Assembly (NCBI GenBank): GCA_965242725.1
Contig: CBDESZ010000012.1
Span: 32,001-96,000, forward strand
Origin: Alkalispirochaeta sp.
Lineage (GTDB): Bacteria; Spirochaetota; Spirochaetia; DSM-27196; Alkalispirochaetaceae
DNA: 64,000 nt
Reading direction: 5' to 3'
Below the pieces are notes generated by a model. The model was not told where the DNA came from. It ran no database searches and saw nothing but the letters and a program-made list of their open reading frames with translations. Shown one piece after another: positions 21,150 to 30,883 of this stretch. How positions within the stretch are numbered: position 1 is the first letter of the stretch; the number at the start of each line of letters is the position of its first letter. Both the position numbers and the translations under genes were made by a program.

Positions 21150-21213
21150 GGTACCTCCAATATTTTTCCGGTTCGCAATTTCGGCTGGAGCCGAGGCCAC
21201 TGATATATATCTT

Positions 21214-24200
21214 TCACCATTGTTGAATCCGGTCGATCAAGGCGTTCACTGCGCGACGGGTGCGATCAAGGCCACTCCCCTCCGCGAGATCGTAGCCCAA
21301 ATATGCCGTACCCGCTGCCGCTACAAGAAAGGGTGCGGCCGCTCCGGCACCAGATGCTGCGGCAGCAGCATATGAAGCACCGGCTAATACGCCAGCCTTA
21401 ACGACGCTCGTCGCTAACGCGGAACCGACGGAAGCAAACGTACCCGCAGCTCCAAATGCTGCGGTAGCCGCTTCGATTTCGATTTTTGACGCTTCTCGTG
21501 GTTGATTCTGTTCAGCCGCAAGTGTTTCCATCTGACGCACATCAGCATACGGATTTCTCTCTATGCTATTCCCCGGCACCGCCAGGGCCTCGGGCTCTCT
21601 TTCCAACCCCCACATATCCACGAAGTTCACCGGGTCACCGCCCACGTAGGCATACCAGTTCCAGCCGTCCTGTATGGGATCTCTACTCAGGAACTTGCCC
21701 GTCTCCGCATCGTACCACCGGGCTCCAAAGTAGGTAAGACCCGTCGCCTGGTCGTAGAGGTGGCCGGTGAAGCCTACGCTGTTGTAGGGCTCAAAGATGC
21801 CGGCCATCGCCCTCCCGTAGGCGTCCCAGGCGTAGCGGGCGACCGGTTCGCCGTGGCGGTCGGTGATCGCCACGGGGCTGCCCAGCCGGTCGAGGTGGTA
21901 GTACATCACCCCGCCCTTGGTGTGAAGAAAACCGTCAGGGCCCGGCTCCCGTCTGCCGTGAAAGCCGTACATCTTCACCGCAATGAGGCGCCCGGCAACG
22001 TGGAAGTACTCTTTGTACGGACTCGCCTCCCCGCCCTCGCTCACATCGTATTCCGCAAGGAGGGTCCGCTCGTGCCAGAGGTAGGCGCTGCGCTCGGCGG
22101 TCGGGGGGATCTCGCCGTCGGCGGGTGTGGCTGTGCGGCTCACCATTCGTCCAAAGGCGTCATACCCGTAGCGTACGGTTACGCCGTCGGCGGTGCGCGC
22201 TTCAACCAGCTCTCCCCGGCTGTTCCAGCCCAAGGTTGTCGTACCGTCGGGGGAGCGCTTCTCTTTGACCTCCCCGGCCCGGGTGTATTCGTACTCAATC
22301 ATCCCCGCTTTCACCAGACGGTTGAGCCCTTCGTAGGTGAACTGGTCCCACGAACCGTCGCGGGTGCGGCGCTCGATGTTGGCCGCGTCGTCGTACTTCC
22401 AGGTCTCACGTTCCACCAACGGCGGGAAGGTAATTTCGTTGTCCCGCGCCTCGCCGCCGGGATCCCCGAGGCCGGGCGGTCCCTGATCATCCGCTCTCCC
22501 CTGCCCGGGATGGGTCGCCTCAGGAACACCGGTGTAAATGGCACCATACCCAACCGCGTGTCCCGGCGGAAACTGTCCGTCCTGCCACGATCTGATGTTC
22601 CCGGTGAGCTCGCTTGGATATGAGGCGTCATCGAGCCGTCCCGCCTCGTCGTAGTCATAACTCCAGCGATACTGGGCTTCCCGCATCTCTTTGAGTCGTT
22701 GGTCGGGGTAGTAGGCAAAGCTGCGGTCCAGAAGGGTTCCGGCCGGTCCGTTCCAGCTATAGGTTTTCAGGAGGTTGTCGGGATCGTAGGTAAGGTGGGC
22801 GCTTGTCCCGTTTGCGTAGTCCAGCCGCGTCAGGCGACCGCGATCATCCCAGTCCAGAACGGCGCCGATGCCGTGGGGTGCGCTGAACCGTTCGGGCCGG
22901 CCCGCCGGATCACGCTCGTAGGTGATCACCTCTCCTTCGGGGGTTGTCATGGTCGCGAGGTTTCCGAGCTCGTCGTAGCCGTAGAGGATCCGTTTCCCGA
23001 TATCCTCATAGGTAACCGCAGAAAGGCGGCCCGCCTCGTTGTACGCAAAGCGCTCCCGCATGTCCGGATCGTCCGCAACGGTCAGGCGGCCCGCCGCATC
23101 GTAGGCAAAGCTCACCGTCTCATCGGGATAGACCACCGATTCCAGAAGCCCCCGGCTGTTCCGGCGGTAGACCACCGTGCCCGCCACGGAATCACGTTTC
23201 TCTTTCACCCGGCCGGCCTCGTCATAGACATACTCCACCCGCCGCTCCGCATCGACCATGCTCGCCACGAGGCCCGAGCCGTTGTAGTTCCACTGGAAGA
23301 CGCGGTTCTCAGGATCGGTCATGCGGCGCACATATCCCCGGGGATCGTACTCCAGATACTCCGAGACGATGCCGCCCGGCTCCTCCACCCGATCCAATCT
23401 GCCGGCGCTGTCGTAGTGGTAGTTCGTGGTGCCCTCGGGGCCCGCGACTCGTTCAATCCTCCCCGCCGGGTCGTAGACGTACTCCCGGCTCCCCCGTCCG
23501 GGGATGGTCTCGGTACGGATCTGTCCGTTGGGGTGGTAGGTATACTGCCACACACCCGCCTCCGGCGGATTGTAAGCGGTCACATCTCCGGCAAGGTTGA
23601 CCGTCCATTCGTAATGCGCTTCCGTCGCGTCGGTGTAGAACTCCAGGTGCCCCAGGGGGTTGTAGCTCCAGGAGTGGGCGCCGCTGCCCGGTTGATCGTA
23701 GTAGACCAGGTGACCTGCCGCGTCCCAGCGATAGAGATGGGTCTCCCCGGCGCTGTCGGTGACGGCCACCTCTCTGCTGTCGGGCGACCAGTCGTAGGTG
23801 GTGCTCCGTTCACCCGTCGGCCTCACCGCAATCAGCCGCCCGGCAGCGTCATAGGTCATTACCGTCCTGCCCGTGGCGGGACTGTCGATAACCGACAGAT
23901 TGCCCCACTGGTCGTAGCCCAGGCTGGTCGTTTCTCCCTCGCCATTGGCGACTGTGTGGGGGAGGCCCAACGGACCGTATCCTGCATAGTACCGGGTGCG
24001 TTCGTCCGGGTCGGCGGCGGCGGTGAGATTCCCGCGCTCGTCATAGGAGTAGACCCACGCACCGGAGATCCCGTCGATCTGGACGCGCCGCAGCTGGTTG
24101 TACTCCTCACCCCACTCATATTGCCGGCTCACCTGGTCGGGGCCGGTGGAGCGCACCACGTTCTTTCGTTCATCATACACAAAGGTCCATCGGCGCCCGG

Positions 24201-25506
24201 TCTCAGCGATCACGGCGGTGCGGTTGTAGCGATTGCCCGGGTCGGTGTATTCGTACCGTACCGGTGGGCGTCCGACAATCCCCTTTGACTTCAAACGTCC
24301 CAGCTCGTCGTAGACATATTGCCAGTCGGTTCCCCGGGGATCGGTGAACACGGTCCTTCGCTCATTGGGACTGAAATCGTAGGTGAACCGGTTGTACTGG
24401 CGGCCGTCGACATGGACCGTCACCAGACGGTCTTCCCCATCGTATGCGTACTGATAGACCTGTCCGGAGGGAGCCACCAACCGGTCAATCCTCCCCTCCT
24501 GATCGTAGAAATACTCCCGCACCTCGTCCTTCAGGCCGACCACCCGTTGAAGCCTTCCCAGCCCGTCATAGATGTAACGCACGTCCATGCCCAGGGGAGC
24601 GCCGACTCTAACGAGTTTGTCTCCCGTGTATTCAAAGATGTAATTCCTGCCGACGGCATCCTCGATTCGCGCAATACGACCTTCACCGTCATAGGTAAAT
24701 GACAACCCGTGTCCCGTCCGGTCCACAATCGACAGAAGGCGCCCTGCGGTGACCTCGTTCTCTTTCCAGCGTGCCCAGTACCCGGCGTAGGTGTACTCGA
24801 CGCCCTCTTTTGTCCGCTCGGTAAACGTTCCGTCAGGGTTACGAACAATTGTATTGGTGTTGAGCTCACTCCCTACCCACGCTCCGGCGGAGAGATCGGT
24901 ATCGATGAGGGGATCACCGCCGAATCCGTTTACGGGGATGTGCGGATTTGCTTCAAACATGTAGACGCTTGTCCACCCCTCTCCGTTGGTGACCTCAAGG
25001 GCGTAGTCCCACTTCATCGTGAGCCGTCGCTCAAAAGAGTGGCGCCACTTGGGACCCAGATCACCGCCGCCCTCCAGTTTGGTCGTATAGACGCGTTCCA
25101 GCGTAAAGGGATAACCGGGTCCGGGAATCTTTATGTCGGTGTAGTGGGCGATAAAATCACCGGTGTACGGGTATACGGGATCACCGGCAATCTCCGCACC
25201 CTCCGGCGCAGACGCACCGGTAGGAGGGGTGTCCGATTCAGCCGGCTCTTCCGGTGGATCACCCCGACGAAGCTCTTCCTTGGTAGGTGGGGGAGGATCG
25301 TCGCCACCTTCATCATCACAATTACCCCAGTAGGTACAATCTCGTTTATCTGGATCAATTTCGCTATAATTTGGATCTGCCGCAAGGGGCGCTATAACCA
25401 CAGAAATGGTTGCGAACGTGACAAAAGACCAGACCATCTGTCTCCGTCTTCTGTATCTGATAGACCTCGATTCGGTATTTTGTGAGGCAAAAAATCGAAA
25501 ATTCAT
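21214..25506 (-). CDS. Full-length Rhs/YD-repeat polymorphic toxin with N-terminal signal peptide
   Basis: RRRR + hydrophobic h-region + PLAA; GDPVYPYTGDF (DUF6531-like); YD repeats; Rhs core YFGARWYD...DPVNFVDMWG; Ala/Gly-rich hydrophobic CT. Confidence 0.92.
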   Translation of the reverse strand: MNFRFFASQNTESRSIRYRRRRQMVWSFVTFATISVVIAPLAADPNYSEIDPDKRDCTYWGNCDDEGGDDPPPPTKEELRRGDPPEEPAESDTPPTGASAPEGAEIAGDPVYPYTGDFIAHYTDIKIPGPGYPFTLERVYTTKLEGGGDLGPKWRHSFERRLTMKWDYALEVTNGEGWTSVYMFEANPHIPVNGFGGDPLIDTDLSAGAWVGSELNTNTIVRNPDGTFTERTKEGVEYTYAGYWARWKENEVTAGRLLSIVDRTGHGLSFTYDGEGRIARIEDAVGRNYIFEYTGDKLVRVGAPLGMDVRYIYDGLGRLQRVVGLKDEVREYFYDQEGRIDRLVAPSGQVYQYAYDGEDRLVTVHVDGRQYNRFTYDFSPNERRTVFTDPRGTDWQYVYDELGRLKSKGIVGRPPVRYEYTDPGNRYNRTAVIAETGRRWTFVYDERKNVVRSTGPDQVSRQYEWGEEYNQLRRVQIDGISGAWVYSYDERGNLTAAADPDERTRYYAGYGPLGLPHTVANGEGETTSLGYDQWGNLSVIDSPATGRTVMTYDAAGRLIAVRPTGERSTTYDWSPDSREVAVTDSAGETHLYRWDAAGHLVYYDQPGSGAHSWSYNPLGHLEFYTDATEAHYEWTVNLAGDVTAYNPPEAGVWQYTYHPNGQIRTETIPGRGSREYVYDPAGRIERVAGPEGTTNYHYDSAGRLDRVEEPGGIVSEYLEYDPRGYVRRMTDPENRVFQWNYNGSGLVASMVDAERRVEYVYDEAGRVKEKRDSVAGTVVYRRNSRGLLESVVYPDETVSFAYDAAGRLTVADDPDMRERFAYNEAGRLSAVTYEDIGKRILYGYDELGNLATMTTPEGEVITYERDPAGRPERFSAPHGIGAVLDWDDRGRLTRLDYANGTSAHLTYDPDNLLKTYSWNGPAGTLLDRSFAYYPDQRLKEMREAQYRWSYDYDEAGRLDDASYPSELTGNIRSWQDGQFPPGHAVGYGAIYTGVPEATHPGQGRADDQGPPGLGDPGGEARDNEITFPPLVERETWKYDDAANIERRTRDGSWDQFTYEGLNRLVKAGMIEYEYTRAGEVKEKRSPDGTTTLGWNSRGELVEARTADGVTVRYGYDAFGRMVSRTATPADGEIPPTAERSAYLWHERTLLAEYDVSEGGEASPYKEYFHVAGRLIAVKMYGFHGRREPGPDGFLHTKGGVMYYHLDRLGSPVAITDRHGEPVARYAWDAYGRAMAGIFEPYNSVGFTGHLYDQATGLTYFGARWYDAETGKFLSRDPIQDGWNWYAYVGGDPVNFVDMWGLEREPEALAVPGNSIERNPYADVRQMETLAAEQNQPREASKIEIEAATAAFGAAGTFASVGSALATSVVKAGVLAGASYAAAAASGAGAAAPFLVAAAGTAYLGYDLAEGSGLDRTRRAVNALIDRIQQW

Positions 25507-26879
25507 TCTCCCCCTCCAATCAAATACGGTGTCACGATGACAAACAGATCCGTCTCCAGGGTGCTGGTACGGTAGTTGGTAAAGAGCACCCCCAACAGGG
25601 GGATGTCGCCCAGGATGGGAATTCTGCCGCGATGACGGATCTCCCGTTTTTCCACCAGGCCGCCGATGACGATGGCCGTCCCCGATGCCACCCTGACCGT
25701 CGTCTCTACCTGGCGGCTGCTCGTTGTGGGATAGCCTTCCTTGGTTGTGCCGGTAATGGTGGTGACGTCGGTTACGATCTCTGTGGTGATCTCTCCGCCG
25801 CCGTTGTGGCGGGGGAGAATGGACAGCTCGATACCGCCGACAATGTCCTGCTTGGTCTGATAGGTCTGATCGCCCGAGGACTGAGTGACGATGATGGGAA
25901 AGCGCTCCTCCGTCTTCATGACCGCCGGAATGCCGTCGATCGTCGATACCCGGGGATTGGCGAGGATCTGCGCCTCCCCTTCCCCTTTCAGCATGTGCAG
26001 CGTTGCCCGCACCTCCACCGGAGAGCGCAGAAAGGTCTGCAGCGGCAGGGCGATCGCCTGGCCGTAATTGCTCTCCTCCTCCAGACCGATCGTGATGGAG
26101 TCACTCACTTCCAGCCCGAGCCGCGACGCGGCGTCGGTGTTGAGCTCCACCACCTGGGCGTCTATGAGTATCTGGTCCCCCGGGCGGTCCAGCCGGTCGA
26201 TGAGGTCACGGATATCCAGATAGCGCTCCATCCGCCGGTCAAGAATCAGTTGATTCCGCCGGGGCGCCACCTGTATCGCCCGGTCACCCCGGTCCACCAG
26301 CCGCCGCAGGATCGACGCGATCCCCTCGGCGTCACCGTACTGCAGCGTTACCGTGGCGTATCCGCCGTCGGCCTCTTCCGGAGGCACCCGGTCCTCGCCG
26401 GCCATATCCGCCGTCTGAAAGCGCATTGTCAGGATGCGTGCATCCGGTGATACCGAAACTACCTGAAAGGCCGGTTGGGTCAGCTCGATTTCCACAAACA
26501 GATCGCCCTTCGGCGGATCCCGGAAGAGCCGCGTCAGCACATCCGGCTCGTCCAGCTCCTCCGGAACGACCGTCACCGCACGGATCAGGGAGCTGCTTCC
26601 CTCGATCACGACGCCGTCGGGACCGGTCCGACCTGCACGGAGAAGAACGGTCATTTGCCGCTGTTCATCACCCCACCGTGTCTCGATTCCTTCCAGACGC
26701 TCACCGCTGATGCGTACCACGTTGTCCACGTATCGGATCGTCGAGATCACCGGACCATGGCGGAGACTCGGCCCGGTCTCGGCAAATACTCCCGCGGGAA
26801 GAACGAACAGGGAGAAAACGAACGAAAGGAGTATCAGACTCCTGGGGTATGGTGAGAAATGTATGCCACGAAGTATCAC
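25503..26879 (-). CDS. Secretin (GspD/PilQ-family outer-membrane channel), stand-alone
   Basis: Signal peptide; N3-like LQYGDAEGIASIL...RNQLIL...LIDRLDRP; secretin domain QILIDAQVVEL, ILANPRVSTIDG, IVIGGL, IPILGDIPLLGVLF, DLFVIVTPYLI. Confidence 0.9.
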   Translation of the reverse strand: MILRGIHFSPYPRSLILLSFVFSLFVLPAGVFAETGPSLRHGPVISTIRYVDNVVRISGERLEGIETRWGDEQRQMTVLLRAGRTGPDGVVIEGSSSLIRAVTVVPEELDEPDVLTRLFRDPPKGDLFVEIELTQPAFQVVSVSPDARILTMRFQTADMAGEDRVPPEEADGGYATVTLQYGDAEGIASILRRLVDRGDRAIQVAPRRNQLILDRRMERYLDIRDLIDRLDRPGDQILIDAQVVELNTDAASRLGLEVSDSITIGLEEESNYGQAIALPLQTFLRSPVEVRATLHMLKGEGEAQILANPRVSTIDGIPAVMKTEERFPIIVTQSSGDQTYQTKQDIVGGIELSILPRHNGGGEITTEIVTDVTTITGTTKEGYPTTSSRQVETTVRVASGTAIVIGGLVEKREIRHRGRIPILGDIPLLGVLFTNYRTSTLETDLFVIVTPYLIGGGE

Positions 26880-26939
26880 AGTATTCCTACTTTCTGGTCT
26901 CCCGCCTCTCAGGCGGAAACCATCCGGTTGAGTACACGC

Positions 26940-27047
26940 CGGTACGTCCCATTACTGTGACTTTTGGTTATGAAGGAGATACTATCTCACTTCCTGCGGG
27001 TAATCCTGTTTTTCGACAGGATTCTTTTGAAACTCAGGGGAATATCA
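26940..27047. repeat. Right copy of degenerate direct repeat bounding the Rhs island
   Basis: ggttatgaaggagatactatctcacttcc...ttgaaactcaggggaatatca; has an extra internal hairpin at 27002-27023. Confidence 0.8.
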
Positions 27048-27087
27048 AACCATGGCCTTTGCGATAAAATGTCGTTATCCTGCCCCC

Positions 27088-27618
27088 ATGGATGCAAAAG
27101 TCGAAGTGAGCACAAACGAGACCGACTACCGTCATATGGAACGCTATCGCGTTCGCTATGACGACCTCGATACATTCCGCCACGTCAACAACAAAGCCTT
27201 TCTTAGCTACATCGAGGACGCCCGGGTGCGATACCTGCGGGACGCGGCGGCACTCCCCCTCGACGCGGAAACGCAGGTGAGCATGGTGATCGTCCATGCC
27301 TCCATAGACTACCGCGCCCAGGTCTTCCCCTTTGAGGAGGTCACCGTTCACACGCGGGCGGCGCGGATCGGAGAGAAGAGCGTCGCCCTGAACCACTTGA
27401 TTATTGCGGAGGCTATGGCACCGGATGACAGGGAGGCCGAATCCCCGGAACGCACCGGGGCAGCTCATCGCCCCGGACGGTCGGGCCGCCGGGTTGCCGC
27501 GACAAGCACCTCCGTCCTGGCGACTATAGACCTCACCACGGGTCGTTCCCGGGCCAACCTTCCGGAAATGGTGAGGGCGATTGAGGCGTGGGAGTCACAA
27601 GCCGGCGCCGGAGACTGA
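27088..27618 (+). CDS. Acyl-CoA thioesterase (YbgC/4HBT family)
   Basis: RVRYDDLDTFRHVNNKAFLSYIEDAR motif. Confidence 0.9.
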   Translation: MDAKVEVSTNETDYRHMERYRVRYDDLDTFRHVNNKAFLSYIEDARVRYLRDAAALPLDAETQVSMVIVHASIDYRAQVFPFEEVTVHTRAARIGEKSVALNHLIIAEAMAPDDREAESPERTGAAHRPGRSGRRVAATSTSVLATIDLTTGRSRANLPEMVRAIEAWESQAGAGD

Positions 27619-27675
27619 CAGACGGCCTCACTCAACGACATCGGGAAGCGGCACTCGGCGATCGATCGTAGCAAT

Positions 27676-27706
27676 AAAAAAAGGACGGCCATTCGGGCCG
27701 CCCTTT
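27676..27706 (-). terminator. Rho-independent terminator (possibly bidirectional)
   Basis: On minus strand AAGGGCGGCC-loop-GGCCGTCCTT followed by T-run, between convergent genes. Confidence 0.7.
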
Positions 27707-27773
27707 CCGATGTTGGTACATCTTATTGTTACATCTATTTTGTCACGCCCGTCCGCCGGACGCTAATTTTTAA

Positions 27774-28790
27774 TTAGAGCTGGAAGCGCGCTCCCACCGT
27801 ACCGCCAAGGGCACCGGAGTTGACATTATACATCACTCCCAGGTCGATCTTGAAGACCGTCAGATTGAGTTGGGCACCACCGAAGATCCGAAAGACGATG
27901 GGCTGCACTTCCGACTCCAGCACGACGCCGTCGTCGCTGATGTCCACACCCGCAGCGGATCCGATGTCGTCGGCGGACAGACCGTCGCCGTTTGAGTCAG
28001 CACCGCCGGTAACGGTCACATCGGTACTGAGTCCCGTGGTGGTCGTCGCCGTTCCCACCGAGGCGCCCACACCAAAGTGGGGCTCTACGATGAGAAATCC
28101 CTTACTCACCTGCGCCTTGAAGTCAAAGACGCTGGCCTCCCAGCCGAAGTCCAGATTGGGATCGGACATTACCAGGGTGTATGTCTGGCTGTTGTAATCG
28201 ACGCTGCCGATTTCCGTGTCACCAAGCCCCATGGGGGTGGAAATGAGCCCGCTCAGGTAATTGTATCCCACACCGACGGAGAGCTTGGGCAGGATCGGTC
28301 CGTCCAGGACGGCGTAGCGCACGTCAAAGCCGACATTTGTGTACTCAACATCGACGTCGCCCAGGGAGATCCCGGGAAGCACGCCGACCTTCACGCCCAC
28401 GTCAAAGGGAATGATGAATCCGCCGACCCGGGCGTCCACGGCGTAGCCCGGCATGGGCAGCCCGACACCGGAGATCTCGTCGATCCCGCCCGAGGCGTCC
28501 ACACCGAGTTCATCGACGAGGTCCGTAAAGACCGACGCGGGAATGGTGGTGACCCCCGTGGTCACGCCGACGCCGAAGTGCGGCGGAATTCCCAGAAGCT
28601 GGCCGATATATGCGTCCGACCAGTTCAGCCCGATGGTGGAGTTCATGGGCAGGGACGTGGCAAACTCCTCGGAAAAGGTCTCAAAACTGTCCTTGAATGT
28701 ATCCAGCGAAAACGTTTCCTGTGCCGTAAGAGGCGCGGCCCCAACCAGCACCGTCACGGCGATCATAATCAATATCTTTTTCACGTTCAT
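27774..28790 (-). CDS. Exported, probable outer-membrane beta-barrel protein
   Basis: Signal peptide MNVKKILIMIAVTVLVGAAPLTA; alternating beta-strand pattern; C-terminal GARFQL. Confidence 0.65.
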   Translation of the reverse strand: MNVKKILIMIAVTVLVGAAPLTAQETFSLDTFKDSFETFSEEFATSLPMNSTIGLNWSDAYIGQLLGIPPHFGVGVTTGVTTIPASVFTDLVDELGVDASGGIDEISGVGLPMPGYAVDARVGGFIIPFDVGVKVGVLPGISLGDVDVEYTNVGFDVRYAVLDGPILPKLSVGVGYNYLSGLISTPMGLGDTEIGSVDYNSQTYTLVMSDPNLDFGWEASVFDFKAQVSKGFLIVEPHFGVGASVGTATTTTGLSTDVTVTGGADSNGDGLSADDIGSAAGVDISDDGVVLESEVQPIVFRIFGGAQLNLTVFKIDLGVMYNVNSGALGGTVGARFQL

Positions 28791-29146
28791 CCTCCTCAAG
28801 CCTGAATGTACGACCCATTTTAGCACATTGTCACTATTTTTCCCGTTCTTGATTGAAAGAACCATCCGGTTCTGCCCGGTTCCGGACCGGTAGAGGCGGG
28901 AGGTACCTGAATCGGGAGGAGGGGGCGGGCGGCGCATGAGGGTTGTGCGCCGCCCGCCCCCCGCCCGTCACGGTGAACACGCTTCAACCCCCGCCGGTGA
29001 TAGGTTATACTTGAGGGTGAAGAAGGAGCCGCGGTGAGGCTTCGCCTTCGATATAAAATAGTTTCGCTGCCGCGCTGCGGTACCGGAAATAACAAAAATA
29101 TTCGGCCGGCGCCGTCTATTTTCGTAATCAATTGGAGAAAGTTGTG

Positions 29147-30175
29147 ATGGCAAAAATGTATACCCTGGGCAGGACGGATGTGAAGGTGACGCCCATCGGC
29201 CTCGGATGCTGGCAGTTTTCCCGGAGCAGGGGACTGGCGGGGCGCTACTGGCCGTCCATTGACCAGGAGACGGTGCGGGATATCGTGAAGGCGACGCTGG
29301 CGGGCGGGATCAACTGGTTTGACACCGCCGAGGTCTACGGGAACGGCGCGTCCGAGCGCTCTCTGGCGGAGGCGCTGCGTGCACTGGGCGTGGAGCACGA
29401 CCGGTACGTCCTTGCGGACAAGTGGTTTCCCGCCTTCCGCTTTGCCGGCTCCATTCACCGCACCTTTCCCGACCGTCAGCGCTCCCTGGACGGCATTTCC
29501 ATCGATCTGTACCAGATCCACCAGCCTTTCAGCTTTTCTTCGGTGGAACAGCAGGTGGCTCGCATGGGCGAGCTGGTCCGGCAGGGCCGCATTCGCGCCG
29601 TGGGGGTGAGCAATTTCAATGTGGAACGCATGCGCAAAGCCTACGCCCGCCTCACGGTGGAAGGACTACCCCTCGCAACCAACCAGATGCGCTACAGCCT
29701 CCTGGACCGGGAGATCGAGCGGGACGGCGTCCTGCAGGCCGCCCGAGAGCTGGGGGTTTCGATCATCGCCTATTCCCCTCTGGCGCAGGGCCTTTTGACG
29801 GGCAAGTTTCACGGTGACGTGGCCGGGCAGGCTGCGAGCGAGAGAAGCGACGGCGCCGGGGATAGCGGGGAGGCCGCGCCTGCGGCGCGCCCTTCGGCAC
29901 CGCGGAAGTGGCTCAAGCGCTTCAAGCGGGGGGGCCTGGAAGCGACGGCACCCCTCATCGCGGAGCTGCGCACCGTCGCTGAACGCCACGGCGCCACGCC
30001 GGCGCAGGTCGCCCTCGCATGGGTTATCCACCGTCATGGAGAGCGAATCGTCGCCATTCCCGGCGCCTCGTCGGTCTCACAGGCGGTTTCCAACGCCGCG
30101 GCCCTCAAGGTGACCTTGACGGCGGAAGAGCTGGACACCCTCGGAGACGCGGGACTGGAGGCGGAGAAGCGCTGA
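29147..30175 (+). CDS. Aldo/keto reductase
   Basis: IGLGCWQ, FDTAEVYG, DLYQIH, GVSNF, NQMRYSLL, AYSPLAQGLLTGK, IPGA. Confidence 0.95.
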   Translation: MAKMYTLGRTDVKVTPIGLGCWQFSRSRGLAGRYWPSIDQETVRDIVKATLAGGINWFDTAEVYGNGASERSLAEALRALGVEHDRYVLADKWFPAFRFAGSIHRTFPDRQRSLDGISIDLYQIHQPFSFSSVEQQVARMGELVRQGRIRAVGVSNFNVERMRKAYARLTVEGLPLATNQMRYSLLDREIERDGVLQAARELGVSIIAYSPLAQGLLTGKFHGDVAGQAASERSDGAGDSGEAAPAARPSAPRKWLKRFKRGGLEATAPLIAELRTVAERHGATPAQVALAWVIHRHGERIVAIPGASSVSQAVSNAAALKVTLTAEELDTLGDAGLEAEKR

Positions 30176-30289
30176 AAGGGCTCGAGTAGGTCCGCTGCGC
30201 CGGACTCATTGCGCAGGCGGTACCGCGGATGAGCTCGGTCCGTTCGCCCTCCGACCAGGAAAGATAATCCTCGTAGCTTGACCCTTCCG

Positions 30290-30883
30290 TCAGAGATCCT
30301 CCGGCCGCACCGTCAGGCGCAGTCCGGCAAAAATCGATACCTCCGCGCCTTGACGGAGGTCCGCAACGGCCGGAAGACCGTACTGTCCGTCGTCCTTGAG
30401 GGTGTAGATAAAGACTTCGAAGGTGTCGGGATTGATGATCCAGTACTCCCCCACCTGCCGCATTTCGTAGAGTTTCCGTTTTTCAGTCTGGTCTTTCATC
30501 GCCGTCGCCGGAGAGAGCACCTCAATGATGAAATCAGGAGCACCACGCACTCCTTCCTTTACCAGTTTTGCCGGATCACACACGACAAATGCGTCCGGCT
30601 GGACCACCGTTTCCACATCGTCGATCGCCTCGTCTCCTCCGGTCAGAAAGACGTCCACGGGAGCGATGTGGGGTCGGCACGGTTTCCCCGTAAAAAATCG
30701 ATCCAGTTGGGCGGCGATCTGCATTAAAAAGGATTGATGTATCCGTCGCGGAGCAGGACTCATATTGTAGGCGACGCCGTCTATCAACTCCCAGCGCTCG
30801 TCCGCCGGCCACTCTCGGTAATCGCCGTATGTGTACCGCCCGGACCGTTGGACGGGATTTGTTCCGGGAACAACCTCACTCAT
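30290..30883 (-). CDS. Uma2-family endonuclease
   Basis: ELIDG, SPAP..H, VQPD, GAPDFIIEVLSP, EYWIINP. Confidence 0.9.
   Translation of the reverse strand: MSEVVPGTNPVQRSGRYTYGDYREWPADERWELIDGVAYNMSPAPRRIHQSFLMQIAAQLDRFFTGKPCRPHIAPVDVFLTGGDEAIDDVETVVQPDAFVVCDPAKLVKEGVRGAPDFIIEVLSPATAMKDQTEKRKLYEMRQVGEYWIINPDTFEVFIYTLKDDGQYGLPAVADLRQGAEVSIFAGLRLTVRPEDL

Noticed and set aside
8734..25506. Long plus-strand ORFs opposite Rhs genes (e.g. 22699-24288, 21502-22623, 16669-17661)
   Set aside because: Antisense shadows of GC-rich coding sequence; no motifs or RBS
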